A DNA stretch of 64,000 nucleotides from Lepidodermella squamata. Lineage: Eukaryota > Animalia > Gastrotricha. Shown piece after piece: positions 59,901 through 64,000 of this stretch; positions within the stretch are counted from its first letter, which is position 1; each line of letters opens with the position of its first letter. The DNA is taken from positions 1,364,001 through 1,428,000 of the forward strand of contig JBLDXI010000015.1 in the NCBI GenBank assembly GCA_047495785.1. Reading direction: 5' to 3'. Under the pieces are notes generated by a model. That model made no database searches, was not told the DNA's origin, and saw only the letters and a list, made by a program, of their open reading frames with translations. The position numbers and the translations under genes are program-made.

Positions 59901-60007
59901 CGAATGGTGGTGATCGGTGGCGAGCGTGGCGGCAAACAGCCGGCAAATGTAAGACGCTGTCATGTCAGCCCATTGCACGTTCAAATCCGTGTGTTTCAAC
60001 CGCTTAG
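56991..60007 (-). CDS. MTFMT: Mitochondrial methionyl-tRNA formyltransferase, last two exons (60007-59727 and 57101-56991); upstream exons not found in the window
   Basis: Spliced: (A)KRLKHTDLNVQWADMTASYICRLFAA...LRTSYDGHSIRLI...PGRIVYD.K..DRLLVQTQ|RGWVSIRRLIFKKPMSAADFYNGYL. This matches the metazoan MTFMT C-terminus pattern I.W...T...I.RL..A / PG.V.Y.K....LLV...GW..V.....KK.L.A.DFYNGYL. Splice phases are consistent. Confidence 0.8.
57300..59385 (+). mobile_element. Decayed non-LTR retrotransposon (LINE) fragment inside the last MTFMT intron
   Basis: 59150-59370 reads RRRGAVDPLFRLISD...LIAVFLDFKAAFDTV*HTGCVQKLKESG....VRWVANFLDNR, an RT domain 2-3 pattern (AVFLD..KAFD.VWH) with an in-frame stop. 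An endonuclease-like GDF lies near 57680. The left boundary is approximate. Confidence 0.65.
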
Positions 60008-60779
60008 CTAAAAAATAATAATTAATAGTGATAGAACGGAAAATAAAGAGAATTCATGCATGAACAAGAGTAACAAGATTACAAAGGACGTCGAGCTTTT
60101 CCGGCCCTGCCCCAATTGTAAATTAGTAACAGGCTGATGTCTAACTTCAAGCCAGTTGATTCTTTATAGCCCATTCTGCTAAATTCGCCTCAAGTTTTGA
60201 CGCCTTATGATTTTGGGAAGGGGACATTTTGGAGATAGGAAGGCTGAAAAACCTTGAAATCGCGTTTTAACAGTTCTGGGGTTACTTTGTGACATGAGAA
60301 GTCTTTACGAATTATAATTGTATTGCCAATCGATCGAGCTAATTGGGCCGATATCCTGACCATGAAGAAAATATATGACGAGAGTTAGCACTCAAGCCAA
60401 AAATTTGAAGCGAAAATTGGAATTCTGGCCAGCTTAGATTTTCAAATTGTTGATAGCTGAGACCTTCTCCTTCAAAAATAAATGCTACGACATTTCCTTG
60501 TGGCGTTGACGCCACCAGGCGCCGTGACACGCGTCCTTGCGGCACGCGTCCGCTTCTCCCGCCACGGCGCCTACTTCCCTATTTAAGCACCTCTACGCCT
60601 CGATACTATCATTCATCAACTATCGCTACACCACAACTTGTCCCGCTGTGTCCCGTCTCAAGTTCAATTTTTTGTAATTTTCCATTAATTACAGTTATTT
60701 TTAGGCGGCAATCGAAGTCCATTGGAATTTTCAAACTGCATATCCGTTATTCTGAAAAGAGCTTTTGACATACCTCGCC

Positions 60780-61181
60780 ACTCCCATATTACTTATGAGT
60801 GCTTATTGAAACGCAGTGGAATGGACTCCTTGGAAAAGCGTCGCTTTAAAAATGATTTGAAATGAACTTATAAACCACTTCTATGATGTCAATTTTGTCG
60901 ACTTCTTTGAGTTTTCTAAATCAAATTACGCTAGCGAATACGGACTATGACCTTCCAAGTGTAAACGTGATTTTTCAACAGAAGAACAATTAATTATTGG
61001 AACAAAAAAGCTGCTGACGTCGTTTCTGCCTCTTTAAATGATTAAAAAAATATGTTAATGTTGACTGTAATTAAGACAAATATCTTTTATCCTCAGTGAG
61101 GCGCCTGGCTGGCTAAATTGTACACGCATGAAAAGTGCACTTGCGATAACGAATGAATAAATAATTGAATGAATAAATTGA
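60780..61181 (+). mobile_element. 3' remnant of a CR1/L2-like LINE
   Basis: TYE.LL...GMDSLEKRRFKNDL..TYK ... FFNRRTINYWNK...DVVSASL is the CR1-group C-terminal pattern, followed by a GAATGAATAAAT repeated tail at 61152-61181. Confidence 0.55.
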
Positions 61182-63023
61182 AAACGATGAAGAATGCGGC
61201 CTACCCAAAAGCTCTGAAGATAGGAGCAAAAAAGGCCGAGGTCGATGTTCTATTTCAAGCAAGATTCGCCCTCTCAATGAAATGTCAGAAGTCTCTCAAG
61301 TTGGTGCTAACTCACAATCTACTAGCGAGGCTGCCGGTTCATCGCTAACAGGCTTACAAGGTGGCTCCAAGGCGAACAAATTGAAGAGCCATGTTAATGC
61401 TTTGCTTGCTCCTGGAAGCTCAAAGAAGCTCAAAGATGAAGTAATTAGCTATTCTGTGCAGCTGCATCGCAAGTGTTCATTTCGAAAAAGGTGCAAGAAT
61501 GAGGGCATTGAAGAATATTAACCTGATATTAATGATTTTAGTGTTAGTGGAAGTGTCAGCCTGAAGATGAATGCGATGATGTCAAGGAGCGGGCAATAAG
61601 CAATGACAAGAATGTAGCGTCTCAACCTTCTTTCCTCTGAATCATAAATGTTTCTCCCCTTGAGGAATGCTGTGTTGGGCCGGCGCAAATCAGACAAAGC
61701 GATTTCGGGGCGAATTATTTGGCTCGGTCAACTTTTCGAAGGTCCAACTGACACCTCGTCAAACAGTTCACAGGTGTCCAGCAAATATTCAATTTACAAT
61801 TTCCACTCAATTTTCGGCGTTCAGTTACTCATCAGCGTGCAATTTGAGCGATTTTGAGTCGGGATAAATCAGAACATTTCCCAATGCAAAGGTCTTGGAA
61901 GCTATGGCATCGAAAATTGTTCTACCTACATACCTGAGGCTAACAAGTTGCTAAAATAAATCAATCTAATGTCGTGTGGCGCATCACTATCGATCAAGAA
62001 ATAAAAACGTCGTAATTGCGAAATAGTGGAAAAACTTCGAGCTCAAATTTTGCTCTCATTTTATTTCAAAATTTCAACTAGAGAAAAAATCACTGCTGAA
62101 ATGTCACTTCTCACTAGTCACTGATGAATTCAAGATAGGTAAATAATTAAATAATCTCATGAACTCTTAATTTTGGGTATGTGCCAAGGATCAGTTTTTG
62201 TCAAATGGCCGCAAAAATGAGTGCCTTTCACTAGCCAGCAATAGCAGGCTAATAGCAGTAGTATGATGATGACACTGCCTATCGAAGACAATTACGTAAA
62301 TAACATCTCTTGTCGTTATTTGCTAGCCCTATTAAAGCATTTTTATTACAGGGGCAGGTCGCTATTTTTTGCATTCGCCTTGAGCTGTACCCAACTTTCT
62401 TAGTTTCTATTTTATTGCACTTGATTTATAACAATTTATTAGTCGCACAAAATACACAGTTGCCATAAAATCTTATTAGACTTTTTATTACCATTAGATT
62501 AGTTGCGTTGCGTTTTATAGAACATCATCGCCACCAATCTTCCACCAAAAATAGAAGAGCTTAGGCTATGGAAATTTAAAATTTTGGCACTCAAGTAAAA
62601 TTCAACAAACAATTCATTTTTCTAAAAATTCTGATAAATCACGATCCAGGTTTACGAAGTTACAAAACAGTATTTTCTAAAAAAAAACACCAAAAAAACC
62701 CCGCCGGGGAATAAAAACTTGGCTGATAACAAATTATTCAATCCCGTTTTTAATAATTGAGCGCATTCGAGGTCGCAAAACTCACCTTAACCTAAAAATT
62801 TTCCGCCTTGCCAGATACAAATTTTTTTCCGAAATTCAGCTTTTTCTCAGTATTATTTTATAATCAATTTAAAAAAAATTCGGCAACAGCAAAAAATTAG
62901 CAGTGTCAAAAATTACGCCTTTAGCGTTCGATTTTTGATAGCTGAACTTGATAATTCATTGAAATTTTCCTCGATATTTCAAACATTTTTTTCTCAATTT
63001 TTTTAGGAAATAACCGGAGAAAA

Positions 63024-63743
63024 ATGAGCCAGGAAGAATGCCTGGATTTTTCGAAGATGAGCCCGGCAAGCTCTAGCAAGTCACCGCGTTTACAAATTTA
63101 TTCGGGCCATTCATCGTCAAGCGACACCGAATCCGACACCGAACAGTCGAATTCCATCAACAAGGAATCAAAGACGCTTGAAAAATCGAAGCGAACTCGC
63201 GGGCAAAATTGGAATCAAACCGACTTATCAGTGCTCATCGACTGCCTTAAACAGCCGTACGGCGATGATAAATCGACTTTCATGGCTGTGCTGTGCGACA
63301 AATCGCCGTGGTCGACGGCGAATCGCAGCTTAGCGATGGAAAATTTACGCGCAAATTTCAACAGCCGCCTGCCGGAGCGAAAACGCCCGAGAAAACAGCT
63401 GCGCATTAAATTCAATCAGTTGAAACAAAGCGCCAAGGCCGAAATTAGTCACTGGGCGTCGAAAAACGACAAAACGCATGAGAATTTGTCAATTTTTGCA
63501 AAAATGCTGCTGGAAGTTGAGAAACCTGGTGAAACATCGACCGCAATTAAGCAGAATTTTGATGGAAAAGTTGAACCTGGCGAAACTTTGCAGTGTTTGG
63601 ATAAAATGAAGAAATCGGAGGAATTGCTTGACATGAAAATGGAAGTTTTGCGGCGCGAAAAAGCGGCCTGGGAAGCTGTTGAACAAGCGGCTCAAAGTTT
63701 GGTTTTGATGGCTCACAAAATCGGCGCCTCTTTTACCGATTAA
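63024..63743 (+). CDS. Myb/SANT-like DNA-binding domain protein (MSANTD/Harbinger-type) with C-terminal coiled coil
   Basis: RGQNWNQTDLSVLIDC...A.R..A.E.L...FNS....KR..KQLR.KF.QLK..AK matches the Myb/SANT-like trihelix pattern. Intact 239-aa ORF with AATAAA at ~63820. Confidence 0.7.
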   Translation: MSQEECLDFSKMSPASSSKSPRLQIYSGHSSSSDTESDTEQSNSINKESKTLEKSKRTRGQNWNQTDLSVLIDCLKQPYGDDKSTFMAVLCDKSPWSTANRSLAMENLRANFNSRLPERKRPRKQLRIKFNQLKQSAKAEISHWASKNDKTHENLSIFAKMLLEVEKPGETSTAIKQNFDGKVEPGETLQCLDKMKKSEELLDMKMEVLRREKAAWEAVEQAAQSLVLMAHKIGASFTD

Positions 63744-64000
63744 AATTTCGTCGACATTGAAACAAAAAAATGACTGAAACTATTGCTCAATTATAAATAC
63801 CTCTTATATAGAAATGTTGAATAAAGCAGATTTATACGCAAAATTTTATCTATTTGTGAAGGTGAAACTGAGTTCGCGTTGAACAGAGCCGAATTTCGAA
63901 CGATTTCTGTTTTCAGAATTCTCAGGGATTTATGCGAATCGAAAAATACAAAAAAAATTGAAAAACTTCATTCTGAATGAATTTTTTTAAGGGTCCTACT

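Noticed and set aside
30364-60007. Folate one-carbon gene cluster (SHMT x2 + MTFMT)
   Set aside because: The genes are >20 kb apart with unrelated genes between them; proximity is plausibly coincidental.
61200-61960. Possible hAT transposase C-terminal remnant
   Set aside because: Only a vague resemblance across broken frames; no TIR or TSD found.

Overview
Gene-dense eukaryotic window, most likely from a ciliated invertebrate animal (CATIP, NPC1 and rhodopsin-type peptide GPCRs are present). Most introns are ~45-60 nt GT-AG, with a few longer AT-rich ones. Host genes are three tandem short prolyl-4-hydroxylase-alpha-like genes, an orphan secreted mucin/Cys-rich gene, two paralogous peptide GPCRs, a C2H2 zinc-finger gene, SLC35B2, two phospholipid scramblases, two tandem SHMTs, CATIP, a full-length NPC1, the last two exons of MTFMT and a Myb/SANT-like gene. 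The first standout is a ~9 kb Helitron-class rolling-circle element. Its Rep/Pif1-helicase protein ends in an apparently intact USP-family (peptidase C19) deubiquitinase domain. It is followed by its own two-OB-fold RPA70-like gene and preceded by short tandem repeat arrays. The RepHel frame is broken by two small frameshifts, one an exact 7-bp duplication. The second standout is an apparently intact NPC1 paralog encoding only a signal peptide, the N-terminal sterol-binding domain and the middle luminal domain, with every transmembrane segment missing, so it is a predicted soluble NPC1. MITEs, a P-element-like footprint and decayed LINE fragments lie in introns and spacers. All family calls come from motif recognition by eye, and exon boundaries are manual predictions.
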